NCBI GenBank assembly: GCA_964636145.1
Contig: CAZWPD010000004.1
Span: 15,488-79,487 of the forward strand
From: an uncultured Coxiellaceae bacterium
GTDB lineage: Bacteria > Pseudomonadota > Gammaproteobacteria > DSM-16500
Length of the DNA stretch: 64,000 bases
Reading direction: 5' to 3'
Shown here piece by piece: positions 45,949-55,384 of this stretch. The position numbers and the translations under genes are program-made. The notes beneath the pieces were generated by a model. The model ran no database searches. It was not told where the DNA came from and worked only from the letters and a program-made list of their open reading frames with translations. Positions within the stretch are counted from its first letter, which is position 1. Each line of letters starts with the position of its first letter.

Positions 45949-47150
45949 TGCAAGCAACACTCGTCATTTTTCTGCATGCGCATGATTTATCTCGCCCGAG
46001 CTGGGCGGTGGTTGATGCGGATGCTAGGCTCATCAAGCTCATCGAGAATGGTGATTCTTCCGAATTGCCGGCAGAAGCCAAGGATCGCAGCGTTACTGTC
46101 ATCGTCCCTGCGGAAGATGTGTTGTTGACGACTGCCACACTTCCCAAGATGAATCGTGCCCGTTTGTTGCAAGCTATTCCGTTTGCGCTTGAAGAGCAAA
46201 TTATCGAAGACGTTGAGACTATGCATTTTGCTGCTGGTAAGCAGCAAGCGGATGAGCCCTTGCCAGTTAATGTTGTTTCTCGCACGAAGATGACGGAATG
46301 GATGTCGCTCCTGCAGTCATTCAATATTGTTCCTGATGTTGTGATGTCATCCATATTTGCCTTGCCGACAACCGAAGATGAATGGATTGCAGTGATTAAT
46401 GAGGTTGCGGTCGTGCGCACTGGTTCAGCTAATGGATTTGCCTGTGATCGAATCAATTTTGCCGAGATGCTGTCGCTGGCCTTGGCTGCGGCTGTATCTC
46501 CTCCAAACAAGATTAGCATTAATAATGCGCACGGCTCATCGCTTAATTTGACGTTTCCTGTTCCAGTAGAAGAGCGGGCTGTTACCTCATTGGAAGTAAT
46601 GGAGATGATGGCGCGGCAAGCTGTTTTTGAAGCGCCAGTTAATTTATTGCAGGGTGATTATCAGAATAAAAAGACACGCCGTATGCCGAAGATGACAAAT
46701 TTGCTTAAGGTGGGTGCTTATCTGGCAATCACATGGGCGGCGCTATTATTTTTATACCCAGTTGTTTCTTTCATTATTCTTAATGGGCGGGCTAGTGATA
46801 TCAAAACGCAAGTCGCGGCGATTTATAAGAAACAATTCCCTACTGCAACGAGTATCGTTGCACCGAAAGAACGTATGCAGCAAAAATTAAATAAACTGGC
46901 TTCGGATATTGGCGAGAATCATTTGTTATTAATGATGGCAAATATTGGTAAGGCTTTGTCGCAGGCATCTGGTGTGCAATTAAAACGTATGGATTTTCAA
47001 AATAACCTGATGACATTGGAAATCTCTGCAGCAACATCCGAGGTTTTTTCTGAATTTACTAATGCACTCATGCAACAAGGCTTGCATGTGAAGCAGCAGA
47101 ATGCCAATTTGACTGGTGCCCGTGTAAGCGCCACCCTGGAAATCTCGTGA
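45948..47150 (+). CDS. gspL: T2SS protein GspL
   Basis: AIPFALEEQIIEDVETMHFA, VNLLQGDY, single TM. Confidence 0.92.
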   Translation: MQATLVIFLHAHDLSRPSWAVVDADARLIKLIENGDSSELPAEAKDRSVTVIVPAEDVLLTTATLPKMNRARLLQAIPFALEEQIIEDVETMHFAAGKQQADEPLPVNVVSRTKMTEWMSLLQSFNIVPDVVMSSIFALPTTEDEWIAVINEVAVVRTGSANGFACDRINFAEMLSLALAAAVSPPNKISINNAHGSSLNLTFPVPVEERAVTSLEVMEMMARQAVFEAPVNLLQGDYQNKKTRRMPKMTNLLKVGAYLAITWAALLFLYPVVSFIILNGRASDIKTQVAAIYKKQFPTATSIVAPKERMQQKLNKLASDIGENHLLLMMANIGKALSQASGVQLKRMDFQNNLMTLEISAATSEVFSEFTNALMQQGLHVKQQNANLTGARVSATLEIS

Positions 47151-47157
47151 GGCTGAC

Positions 47158-47664
47158 ATGAAAGAATACTGGCTTAAATTGAAAGAATGGTATGTGCAGC
47201 TTGAGGCACGCGAGCGCCGTGCAGTGAATGTTGGCGGCACAGCTTTGGCACTAGCGATTTTTTATTTTGGTATTTGGTCGCCGTTTTTGACTCGGGTCGA
47301 TGGCTTGCGAGATACTATCGTGAATGAGCAAAAAACACTGGCGTGGATGCAAGATGCTGATCAAAAAATTAAACAGTTAGCGAGTGAAAATAGCGGCGAC
47401 CGACAAGCATTGACGCCGGTGACGCTGCTGGCATTATTGCAAACGCAGATTAACCAAGCCGGTATGAAAGACGCGCTCACTCAGATGAAGCAGGCAGCTA
47501 ATGATTCAATTCAGCTGCAATTCAAAAATGTTTCTTTCGATCAACTCATTAAATTATTGATCGCAGTTATCAAGGCGAATCATGTCACTATTAGCCAATT
47601 CTCTGCCACTGCTGAAACGACGCCGGGCAAGGTGAGTGCAGATATCATGCTGGCCATGGGTTGA
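47158..47664 (+). CDS. gspM: T2SS protein GspM
   Basis: W..LEARERR, TM, IWSP, VSFDQLI. Confidence 0.9.
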   Translation: MKEYWLKLKEWYVQLEARERRAVNVGGTALALAIFYFGIWSPFLTRVDGLRDTIVNEQKTLAWMQDADQKIKQLASENSGDRQALTPVTLLALLQTQINQAGMKDALTQMKQAANDSIQLQFKNVSFDQLIKLLIAVIKANHVTISQFSATAETTPGKVSADIMLAMG

Positions 47665-47748
47665 TAACATACTGTTATTTCTTTCCCCTTGCTTTTCATG
47701 CTGCTTTCTATTGAAATTGGCAACCAGATAAAAATAACAAGGGCGTGA

Positions 47749-48219
47749 GTGATGAAAACCAGAGTAGACAATGCTGCAGTCAACGCGAAAGTATCTAAAT
47801 TATTATCTCGATTTGGACATAATGCTCACGGTAGTGGTGATATTTCGCAGCGAGGAATGAGCATTGCTGAGTTTGAGACCATCATTCAAACGTTACCTGG
47901 CTTGAAATGCACGCATTTGAATTTTGCAGGGAGCGATATTCGTGATGATGGCGTGGTCATGCTTGCCGAGGCGTTGAAATTCAATAAGGTCGTGCAGTCT
48001 TTAAATTTGACTGATACGAAGATGACCGATGTTGGCGCAGAAGCATTGAAGGGCATGCTCGCGACTAACAATACGATAATTGCGATTGATGTGTCGTATA
48101 ACATCATTCGTTCAGGGTTGCTAAAGCAACTTAACACGCTGTTGCAGAGTAATATTAAATTTCAGCAGGCTCTGTCAGCTGGACAGTATGACTCAGTCGG
48201 CAAGATGGCGTTGAAATGA
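47749..48219 (+). CDS. Eukaryote-like leucine-rich-repeat protein (ribonuclease inhibitor/NLR type)
   Basis: 28-residue repeats LNFAGSDIRDDGVVMLAEAL, LNLTDTKMTDVGAEALKGML, IDVSYNII. Confidence 0.85.
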   Translation: MMKTRVDNAAVNAKVSKLLSRFGHNAHGSGDISQRGMSIAEFETIIQTLPGLKCTHLNFAGSDIRDDGVVMLAEALKFNKVVQSLNLTDTKMTDVGAEALKGMLATNNTIIAIDVSYNIIRSGLLKQLNTLLQSNIKFQQALSAGQYDSVGKMALK

Positions 48220-48230
48220 AGATGAGTGGG

Positions 48231-48249
48231 CCCGCGGCTTGGCCGCGGG
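48231..48249. terminator. GC-rich hairpin between convergent genes
   Basis: cccgcggc-ttg-gccgcggg. Confidence 0.55.
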
Positions 48250-48261
48250 ATAGTGTTGGCG

Positions 48262-48657
48262 TTATAGTTCGTTATTCTTTAGCTTTTTTACTTTGATATG
48301 TTTGCTTTCTTCTTGCTGCATAATGGCCAGTGCTTTAATAGCAGGACCAAAATTCTGATCAGCCGAACGCCTGATCCAGAAATTTCCTGACTCGGTATCT
48401 TGCGCGGCGCCAAAACCGTAATAATACATATATCCGACAGCGTATTGGGCTTCCATGTTGCCTTCGGCAGCAATTGGCAGTAATTGTTCCATGGCGCGTT
48501 TGTAGAACCCGTCCTGGAAGAGGCGTTTGCCTTGCTCTAATTGCGAGGTGGTTGCCGGCGAAGTGATCCTGGGCTGCTTGGGAATCTCTTGAGTTTTCTT
48601 GGTGGCACAGCCAGCCATGAAGAGGGTGACGAGTGTGAGTAATAGAATGCGGCGCAT
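48262..48657 (-). CDS. Sel1-repeat lipoprotein (131 aa)
   Basis: MRR + hydrophobic + lipobox MAG-C; Sel1 motif AAEGNMEAQYAVGYMYYYGFG..QD..SG..WIRRSADQ. Confidence 0.85.
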   Translation of the reverse strand: MRRILLLTLVTLFMAGCATKKTQEIPKQPRITSPATTSQLEQGKRLFQDGFYKRAMEQLLPIAAEGNMEAQYAVGYMYYYGFGAAQDTESGNFWIRRSADQNFGPAIKALAIMQQEESKHIKVKKLKNNEL

Positions 48658-48658
48658 A

Positions 48659-49156
48659 TTAGAAACTCTCCTCTGGGTCGCGCGGTTTGAATTCAAGTTT
48701 GGTTCGTGGCAGCGGCAGTTTTTCCAATTGCCCGGCGTTTTCCAGTATGACGGTGGTTGGGGTAATGTCATAAACTTTTACGCCGTCTGGCAGGCTGTCA
48801 CCGACTTGAAAAATTTTGCTGGGTGCACCAGCAATCGAAATATAAGCTTTGGATACGTTTTCGTTATTTGCGGTTGCTTCGCGCGCAATTCCTGTGACGC
48901 GCAACTGTAAATTGGTAACGGGCATGTCGCCGGTTGCAGCAAGACCAAATAAATGCTGTTTGGGAATGCTGGCAATCAGGCGGGCGTTCGCGTCACTGTC
49001 TGATTTCACTGCCGGCTTGATGGTTTGATGCGCCAGCTGCCAGTCCATGTACCATGCACCTGCTACGTAAAGAAGCGTTGCGCACACGAGTACACCCAGG
49101 GTGGCTACGCCTCCCAGCAAGTGACGCTGATTTAATTGCACCGGAAAAGTCATCAT
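48659..49156 (-). CDS. gspC: T2SS protein GspC (HR domain only, no PDZ)
   Basis: N-terminal TM, HLFG, TNLQLRVTGI, AYISIAG..KIFQVGDSLP, VILENAGQLEKLPL. Confidence 0.85.
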   Translation of the reverse strand: MMTFPVQLNQRHLLGGVATLGVLVCATLLYVAGAWYMDWQLAHQTIKPAVKSDSDANARLIASIPKQHLFGLAATGDMPVTNLQLRVTGIAREATANNENVSKAYISIAGAPSKIFQVGDSLPDGVKVYDITPTTVILENAGQLEKLPLPRTKLEFKPRDPEESF

Positions 49157-49279
49157 GTTTACGGCTGCCTATAATTCGGCTTATTATAACCTAATCCCAA
49201 GGATTAGCATCAGCGTTTCCGGCTGAAGCTTGCAGAATGGGTTGGGCTCACTAACTGATTATTAACTGAGAACATACTG

Positions 49280-49741
49280 ATGAGCTATATAGAGAAGAAC
49301 TTGCTCCCTGGTGAGCGTATTATTTTTCGCACCAAAAAGCACCTGATTATTTTCTTTTTACCAATGGTTGCATTGGTTTTGGCCAGTCTGGCCGCGATCT
49401 ATATGACACAGAATCCAGTTTTACAATTCGTGCAATGGGTGCCTTGGTTGTTGATAGCTTTGATTTGGGGCGCGGTCGGGCTTAATTATTATTTTTCTGA
49501 ATTTGCGGTAACGAATAAGCGCGTTATGATGCGCGAAGGGTTTTTTACGCGGCATAGTAATGAGCTGCGCCTAACGGCGGTCTCACAGGTGAATGTTGAT
49601 CAGGATTTACTTGGGCAGATCTTGAATTATGGCACGGTTTCCATCAATGCTTTTGGGGCCTTTGATCGCTATACGATCATCGCTCAGCCCGGCAAGTTTC
49701 AGCAGGCTGTGAATCAACAGATCGACCTGGCAGGTAAATAA
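49280..49741 (+). CDS. Membrane protein with bacterial PH (bPH_2/YdbS-like) domain
   Basis: Two TMs, then EFAVTNKRVMMREGFF..ELRL..V..V.VDQ.LLGQILNYGTV. Confidence 0.85.
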   Translation: MSYIEKNLLPGERIIFRTKKHLIIFFLPMVALVLASLAAIYMTQNPVLQFVQWVPWLLIALIWGAVGLNYYFSEFAVTNKRVMMREGFFTRHSNELRLTAVSQVNVDQDLLGQILNYGTVSINAFGAFDRYTIIAQPGKFQQAVNQQIDLAGK

Positions 49742-49847
49742 AGGTTCTCGTGGCCGTGGTTTTTCTTTAAAATGCTCGCCAAGAAGAGCTATAGCCTTGC
49801 TATGCTCGCAACGACAAAAATAATAATAAACCGCCAGGAAATCTTGA

Positions 49848-50909
49848 ATGTCGCAACTCAAAAATGACCGCTTTATCAAAGCCTGTTTTCAGCAGCCAGT
49901 TGATTATACCCCGGTCTGGATTATGCGTCAGGCTGGCCGATATTTACCTGAATACCGTGAAGTGCGGGCCAAAGCCGGCAGTTTTTTGCAGCTTTGCAAG
50001 ACGCCGGAGCTTGCATGTGAGGTAACCCTGCAGCCGCTGCGGCGCTTTGATCTCGATGCTTCAATCATTTTTTCAGACATTCTTACCATTCCAGATGCCA
50101 TGAATTTGGGGCTAAATTTTGCTGAAGGCGAGGGCCCGGTATTTGCGAATCCTGCACGCACCGAGCGCGATATTCTCGCGCTGCACGCGCCGGATTTGCG
50201 CAAGCTGGATTATGTTTATGATGCCATCCGGCTGGTGACGCGCGAGCTCGATCAGCGTATTCCTCTGATTGGTTTTTGCGGTAGCCCGTGGACGTTATCG
50301 TGCTATGTTGTTGAAGGTAAAGGAAAAACCGGCTTCCCTCTGATCAAGCAAATGCTAGTTGAGAATCCTCAGTTGCTGCATAAGTTATTGGATGTGATGG
50401 CAGAATCCGTGGTTCAGCATTTGAATGCCCAGATTGAGGCAGGGGTGTCAGCGGTCATGATTTTTGATACCTGGGGCGGTATGTTGCAAACGCAAGATTA
50501 TAAGGAGTTTTCTCTGCAATACGTGGAAAAAATCATCAGCGGGCTGCAGCGCACCTATAATGAAAAGAAGATTCCGGTCATTCTATTCACCAAGGGCGGT
50601 AAAGACTGGATTGAGCTCATGGCACAGTCCGGGTGTGACGTTCTGGGTGTAGACTGGGAGATCACCATGCAAGAAGCCAGAAAGCGTGTTGGCGGCAAAG
50701 TGGCTCTGCAGGGGAATATGAATCCGGCTGGTTTGTTGGCTGATCCTCTGCGTATTCGCCAGGAAGCTCACGAAATATTATCTTCATATGGACAGGGAGC
50801 TGGGCATATCTTTAATCTGGGCCATGGTATTACTCCTGATGTGCCGCCCGAGCATCTTGCGGTTTTGATTGATGCGGTACACGAACAAAGTAAGCAATAT
50901 CACCGTTAA
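49848..50909 (+). CDS. hemE: Uroporphyrinogen decarboxylase
   Basis: PVWIMRQAGRYLPEY, FSDIL, IFDTWGG, NLGHGI. Confidence 0.98.
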   Translation: MSQLKNDRFIKACFQQPVDYTPVWIMRQAGRYLPEYREVRAKAGSFLQLCKTPELACEVTLQPLRRFDLDASIIFSDILTIPDAMNLGLNFAEGEGPVFANPARTERDILALHAPDLRKLDYVYDAIRLVTRELDQRIPLIGFCGSPWTLSCYVVEGKGKTGFPLIKQMLVENPQLLHKLLDVMAESVVQHLNAQIEAGVSAVMIFDTWGGMLQTQDYKEFSLQYVEKIISGLQRTYNEKKIPVILFTKGGKDWIELMAQSGCDVLGVDWEITMQEARKRVGGKVALQGNMNPAGLLADPLRIRQEAHEILSSYGQGAGHIFNLGHGITPDVPPEHLAVLIDAVHEQSKQYHR

Positions 50910-50936
50910 TGGAATAGCACGGCAAGAGGAAATCGT

Positions 50937-52745
50937 ATGCAGTTTGGAAAAGCTCTAATCAGTAAAGCGCTGTTGTTGGCGACTGTAGCGGTCGGTTTTA
51001 ATTTTTTGCCGGCAACCGTTATTGCGGCGCAGCCATTGCGGCCAGATCAAGCTTTTCAAGTCTCGGCGGAGCTGACTGAAGCGAATCACGTGGTGACGAG
51101 TTGGAAGGTGGCGCCAGGCTATTTTCTCTATGTTGACAAGATGCAGTTCGGCACTGAGCCTGTGATGACATTCACACCTACTTTGCCGCCTTCTATCAAG
51201 AAGCAGGATCCGGTTCGCGGTCAGGTTGCTGTGTATTCCGGGGATTTCGTTATTCCGCTGCAATTGGATGGATCAGTATCCGCGCTTCATCTCAATGTTG
51301 CTTATCAGGGTTGTTCGAAAGATGGATTCTGTTACCCCCCAACCAAAAAATCATTTGATCTGACTTTTTCGGGCACACCAGTGACGGCTGATTCAAATAG
51401 AATTGTTACCAGTCAGGGCATTAGCGCGCTGCTGACAGATCAATACGGCGTGCAAAATTTATTAGCGACCAAGCACCGTAACGTATTATTTATAGTGTTT
51501 CTCTGCCTTGGTATATTAATGGCGTTTACACCTTGCGTGTTGCCGATGCTGCCGATTCTGACGGGAATTATTGCTGGACAGAAACGTAATGCCTCGTCGC
51601 TACACAATTTCCTTTTGTCGGCATGTTACGTGTTGGGTATGGCCGTCACTTATGCGCTGGCGGGAATGCTCGCAGCTTATGCTGGCGGTTCCTTGCAGGT
51701 GTGGCTGCAGACGCCTGTGGTGATTATTTTCAGCAGTGCTTTATTCATATTGTTGGCTTTTTCTCTGTTTGAATTTTATGAGTTGCCGATTTCGCGTCGC
51801 TGGCAAAATACCGTTACTGCATGGAGTATGCGTCATGAAGGCGGTACTTTTGTCGGCGTATTTTTCATGGGCGTGTTATCAACTCTCGTTGTGTCGCCAT
51901 GTGTGACGGCGCCTTTGGTTGGTGTACTGCTATATATTGGTCGTACCGGCGATATGCTGCTTGGCGGAAGCGTTTTATTCATGATGGGTTTGGGGATGGG
52001 TTTACCGTTGATGCTGCTAGGTATGTCGGCTGGTCACTGGTTACCGAAAAGTGGGCCGTGGATGCACGCGGTCACCAAGTCGTTTGGTGTGATTATGTTG
52101 GGAATGGCAATCTGGTTACTCGGCCGCATTATTCCGCAAACGGTGATGATGGTGATCTGGGGTCTCTACCTGGTTGGCATTGCGCTCTTTTTTAGTTTGT
52201 ATCTCACGCGTGTGATTGGTCGTCACAAGATCAATCACAGTCTCGGATTTGCAACCGGGTTATTGGGTGTATTCATGATTGCTAGCACACTGGGGTTGCC
52301 AGCATTGTTAAATCGCTGGACCGGAGATATTGGTAGCGTTGCCATGCAAACTTCATCTGATTTTGCCGTGGTGCATGATCAGGCGGGTTTGGCGCGTTTG
52401 CTTGCAGAAGCCACTGCAGCGGGACGGCCGGTGTTAGTTGATTTTTATGCTGACTGGTGTACATCATGCGTGGTCATGGATACCGAAGTGTTTGCGCACA
52501 AAAATGTTCAGGCAGCATTGCAGCCATTCAAGCTGGTGCGAGTTGATCTTAGCCAGAATTCGGCAGAAGATCAGTCATTGATGCAAGCATATGGCGTAGT
52601 TGCTCCGCCAACCGTAATATTTTTCAGTGCAGCTGGGCAGGAAGTAAATAGCCGACGCATTGTTGGGGAAATGGGTGCGAAGGATTTTTTAAATAAAATA
52701 AATTTGTTTATGGCTGCTAGTTGTGACACAAAGGCTCGGTGCTAA
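50937..52745 (+). CDS. dsbD: Thiol:disulfide interchange protein DsbD
   Basis: YQGCS..GFCYPP, FTPCVLPM, SPCVTAP, DFYADWCTSC. Confidence 0.96.
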   Translation: MQFGKALISKALLLATVAVGFNFLPATVIAAQPLRPDQAFQVSAELTEANHVVTSWKVAPGYFLYVDKMQFGTEPVMTFTPTLPPSIKKQDPVRGQVAVYSGDFVIPLQLDGSVSALHLNVAYQGCSKDGFCYPPTKKSFDLTFSGTPVTADSNRIVTSQGISALLTDQYGVQNLLATKHRNVLFIVFLCLGILMAFTPCVLPMLPILTGIIAGQKRNASSLHNFLLSACYVLGMAVTYALAGMLAAYAGGSLQVWLQTPVVIIFSSALFILLAFSLFEFYELPISRRWQNTVTAWSMRHEGGTFVGVFFMGVLSTLVVSPCVTAPLVGVLLYIGRTGDMLLGGSVLFMMGLGMGLPLMLLGMSAGHWLPKSGPWMHAVTKSFGVIMLGMAIWLLGRIIPQTVMMVIWGLYLVGIALFFSLYLTRVIGRHKINHSLGFATGLLGVFMIASTLGLPALLNRWTGDIGSVAMQTSSDFAVVHDQAGLARLLAEATAAGRPVLVDFYADWCTSCVVMDTEVFAHKNVQAALQPFKLVRVDLSQNSAEDQSLMQAYGVVAPPTVIFFSAAGQEVNSRRIVGEMGAKDFLNKINLFMAASCDTKARC

Positions 52746-52796
52746 TGCTGCCTCGCAGCGGTGCATCTGATGGTCGCATAATGGTAAGGAGAGACG

Positions 52797-54086
52797 ATGC
52801 TGGCGAATCCAATAGTTCCACAACTTAAAACTGGTTTAACCGAGCCGTTATTCGAGCTGGAAAAACATTTTCTGGATAATTGTAAGGTCATTGAAGAATG
52901 GTTCGGCTTGCAGTGGCAGCAAACTACGCCGCCAGTATATGGATCTGTTGATTTGCGTAATGCTGGATTTAAACTTGCGCCGATCGACATGAATTTGTTT
53001 CCTGCTGGTTTTAATAATCTCAATCCAGCATTTATGCCTTTATCTATTTCCAGTGCGCGTGAAGTCGTGCAGCAACTGTTGCCGGGCACAAAAAATATTT
53101 TAATTATTCCTGAGAGCCATACACGTAATTTATTTTATTGGGCAAATGTTCGCATTTTGCTAAATATTCTCGAGCAAGCTGGATTTAATACGCGTCTCGG
53201 TTTTTTATCTCCAGAGCTAACTGCTGCGCAAGATATTGAGTTACCAACAGGCGAAAAAGTCACGATTGAGCCGCTCCGCCGTGAAGGCGACAAATTGTTT
53301 GTTGAAGGATTCAATCCGGAAATGGTGTTGTTGAATAATGATTTGTCGGAAGGTATCCCTGAGATTCTGCAAAACTTGAGCCAGCCTGTTATTCCACCAG
53401 CTGAGTTAGGGTGGAGTCAGCGCTTGAAGTCGGGACATTTTCAATATTACAAAGAAGTCGCCGATGAATTTGCCAAGATTGCTGGTATTGACCCGTGGAT
53501 TATCGCGCCTGAATTTCGCTACTGCGGTGAAATTGATTTTATGCAGCAAGAAGGTATGGAATGTCTGATAGCGAATGCCGAACAGTTATTTGCCGATCTA
53601 AAAATCAAATATGAAAAATATGCAATTCCGCATCAACCATTTTTAGTGATTAAAGCTGATGCTGGTACATATGGGATGGCGGTCATGACAGTGCGTAATG
53701 CAGATGAGTTGCGCAATATGAATCGCAAGGCGCGTACGCGCATGTCGATGACCAAAGGTGGCCAACCAGTGCGTCGCGTGATTATTCAGGAAGGTGTGTA
53801 TTCATTTGAAACGGTAGGTGACGGTAATTCTGTCGCAGAGCCGGTTGTGTATCTGTGGGGACGTCATGTTGTCGGTGGATTTTACCGTGTGCATAAAGAC
53901 CGCGCTGTTGATGAAAGTTTGAATGCGCCTGGCATGCATTTTGAGCCGCTGCCATTTGTAAATCCGTGCAATCAACCATGCTCGAATAAAGATCCTGATT
54001 CTGTGGAAAATCGATTTTATACATACGGCGTTATTGCCAGACTGAGTATGTTGGCGGCCGCTCGTGAAATGAGAGATCAGCTATGA
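52797..54086 (+). CDS. gshA: Glutamate--cysteine ligase (Coxiella/betaproteobacterial GshA type)
   Basis: SVDLRNAGFKLAPIDMNLFPAGFNNL, LNNDLS, KADAGTYGM, VGGFYRVH; directly upstream of gshB. Confidence 0.92.
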   Translation: MLANPIVPQLKTGLTEPLFELEKHFLDNCKVIEEWFGLQWQQTTPPVYGSVDLRNAGFKLAPIDMNLFPAGFNNLNPAFMPLSISSAREVVQQLLPGTKNILIIPESHTRNLFYWANVRILLNILEQAGFNTRLGFLSPELTAAQDIELPTGEKVTIEPLRREGDKLFVEGFNPEMVLLNNDLSEGIPEILQNLSQPVIPPAELGWSQRLKSGHFQYYKEVADEFAKIAGIDPWIIAPEFRYCGEIDFMQQEGMECLIANAEQLFADLKIKYEKYAIPHQPFLVIKADAGTYGMAVMTVRNADELRNMNRKARTRMSMTKGGQPVRRVIIQEGVYSFETVGDGNSVAEPVVYLWGRHVVGGFYRVHKDRAVDESLNAPGMHFEPLPFVNPCNQPCSNKDPDSVENRFYTYGVIARLSMLAAAREMRDQL

Positions 54087-55033
54087 CCGTCAAACTTGGT
54101 GTTGTCATGGATGCAATTTCATCTATTAATTATAAAAAAGATAGTACCTTGGCCATGTTGTGGGAGGCAGAAAAGCGCGGCTGGGAAATATATTATTTCG
54201 AGCAGGCTGATTTGTTTTTGCAAGATGGTTTTGCTTACGGCGATGCTAAAAAGCTGCAAGTGCATCGGGATGAAAATAAATGGTATTCATGGCACGGTCA
54301 GCAGACCATGCTGCTCGAAGAGCTTGATGTCATACTCATGCGGAAAGACCCGCCTTTTAATGAAGCATTTATTCATACCACCCAGATTCTTGAGTATGCT
54401 GAACGTGCCGGTGTTTTAGTGGTTAATCGCCCGAGTGCGTTGCGAGACTGCAATGAAAAATTATTTGCCTGTGATTTTCCTGCATGCATGTCGCCAACAT
54501 TAGTCACGCAGTCACGCGAAAAGTTTCTGGCATTTTGGCAAAAACATAAGGATGTTATTTGCAAGCCATTAAATACCATGGGCGGCGAGTCAGTGTTTCG
54601 TGTGCGTGAAGATGATGTCAACGCCAATGTCATTTATGAAGTACTCACAAAACGCGGCACCTCACAAATGATGGTGCAGAAATTTATTCCGGAAATTTCA
54701 CTAGGCGATAAACGTATATTGATGATTAACGGCGAAGCGGTGCCTTATTTGCTGGCGCGTATTCCGCAAGATGGTGACTGGCGCGGCAATCTCGCTGTTG
54801 GAGCTAAAGGTAGGGTGCAGCAACTGACGCCGCGCGAGCAATTCATTGCTGCCCAAGTTGGTCCGGTGTTGCGTGAGCGTGGAATTTATTTTGCCGGTCT
54901 TGATGTGATTGGCGACTACCTGACTGAAATTAACCTTACTAGCCCCACTTGCATTCGTGAAATTGAAGCCGGCTCTGATATTTCAGTGACAGGCATGTTG
55001 TTTGATTGTTTAGAGAAGAAGATGAATTCGTAA
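54083..55033 (+). CDS. gshB: Glutathione synthetase
   Basis: KKDSTLAM, MRKDPPF, NEKLF, GDKRIL, RGNLAVG, EINLTSPT. Confidence 0.97.
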   Translation: MTVKLGVVMDAISSINYKKDSTLAMLWEAEKRGWEIYYFEQADLFLQDGFAYGDAKKLQVHRDENKWYSWHGQQTMLLEELDVILMRKDPPFNEAFIHTTQILEYAERAGVLVVNRPSALRDCNEKLFACDFPACMSPTLVTQSREKFLAFWQKHKDVICKPLNTMGGESVFRVREDDVNANVIYEVLTKRGTSQMMVQKFIPEISLGDKRILMINGEAVPYLLARIPQDGDWRGNLAVGAKGRVQQLTPREQFIAAQVGPVLRERGIYFAGLDVIGDYLTEINLTSPTCIREIEAGSDISVTGMLFDCLEKKMNS

Positions 55034-55082
55034 TTAATAAAGGATGCTTCCTTTCGGATAAAGGCCGCATCAGCTGATAAAA

Positions 55083-55320
55083 GCGTCCTCTCTCCCGTCC
55101 TCAATATTAAACAATTATCCGGTGCTGGTTGCGATAGAGGGAGAGGGTGACCGATGTATTTTTCTCTCATCATGTAATGTTGCATATGTTTTATAAGAGT
55201 TTTTCTTAAAGTAATTTATTCTTTTATAGTAAAGCGCGAACCTTAATTCTCCTCACCCTTTCCCTATCCCGCAATCACTGTGAGTATTCTTGTCAATTTA
55301 TATGGGCGGGAGAGGGGGCC
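55083..55320. repeat. CCCTCTCCC/GGGAGAGGG double-hairpin element, copy 2
   Basis: tcctctctcccgtcc..gagggagagggtga and cctcaccctttccctatcccgc..gggcgggagagggggcc; units about 100 bp apart. Confidence 0.75.
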
Positions 55321-55384
55321 TCATTTGTAGAGCTTTCACCTAACCTCAAACACATACACATTTATCCCCATATAAGGACACCCC

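Noticed and set aside
48658-48771. Long N-terminal extension of the Sel1 ORF; likewise extended track starts for tolC (22790), coaD (19636), gspJ (44190), waaA (13848) and the thioesterase (22728)
   Set aside because: Downstream starts give proper signal peptides, RBSs or family N-termini; the extensions overlap neighbouring genes or promoters.
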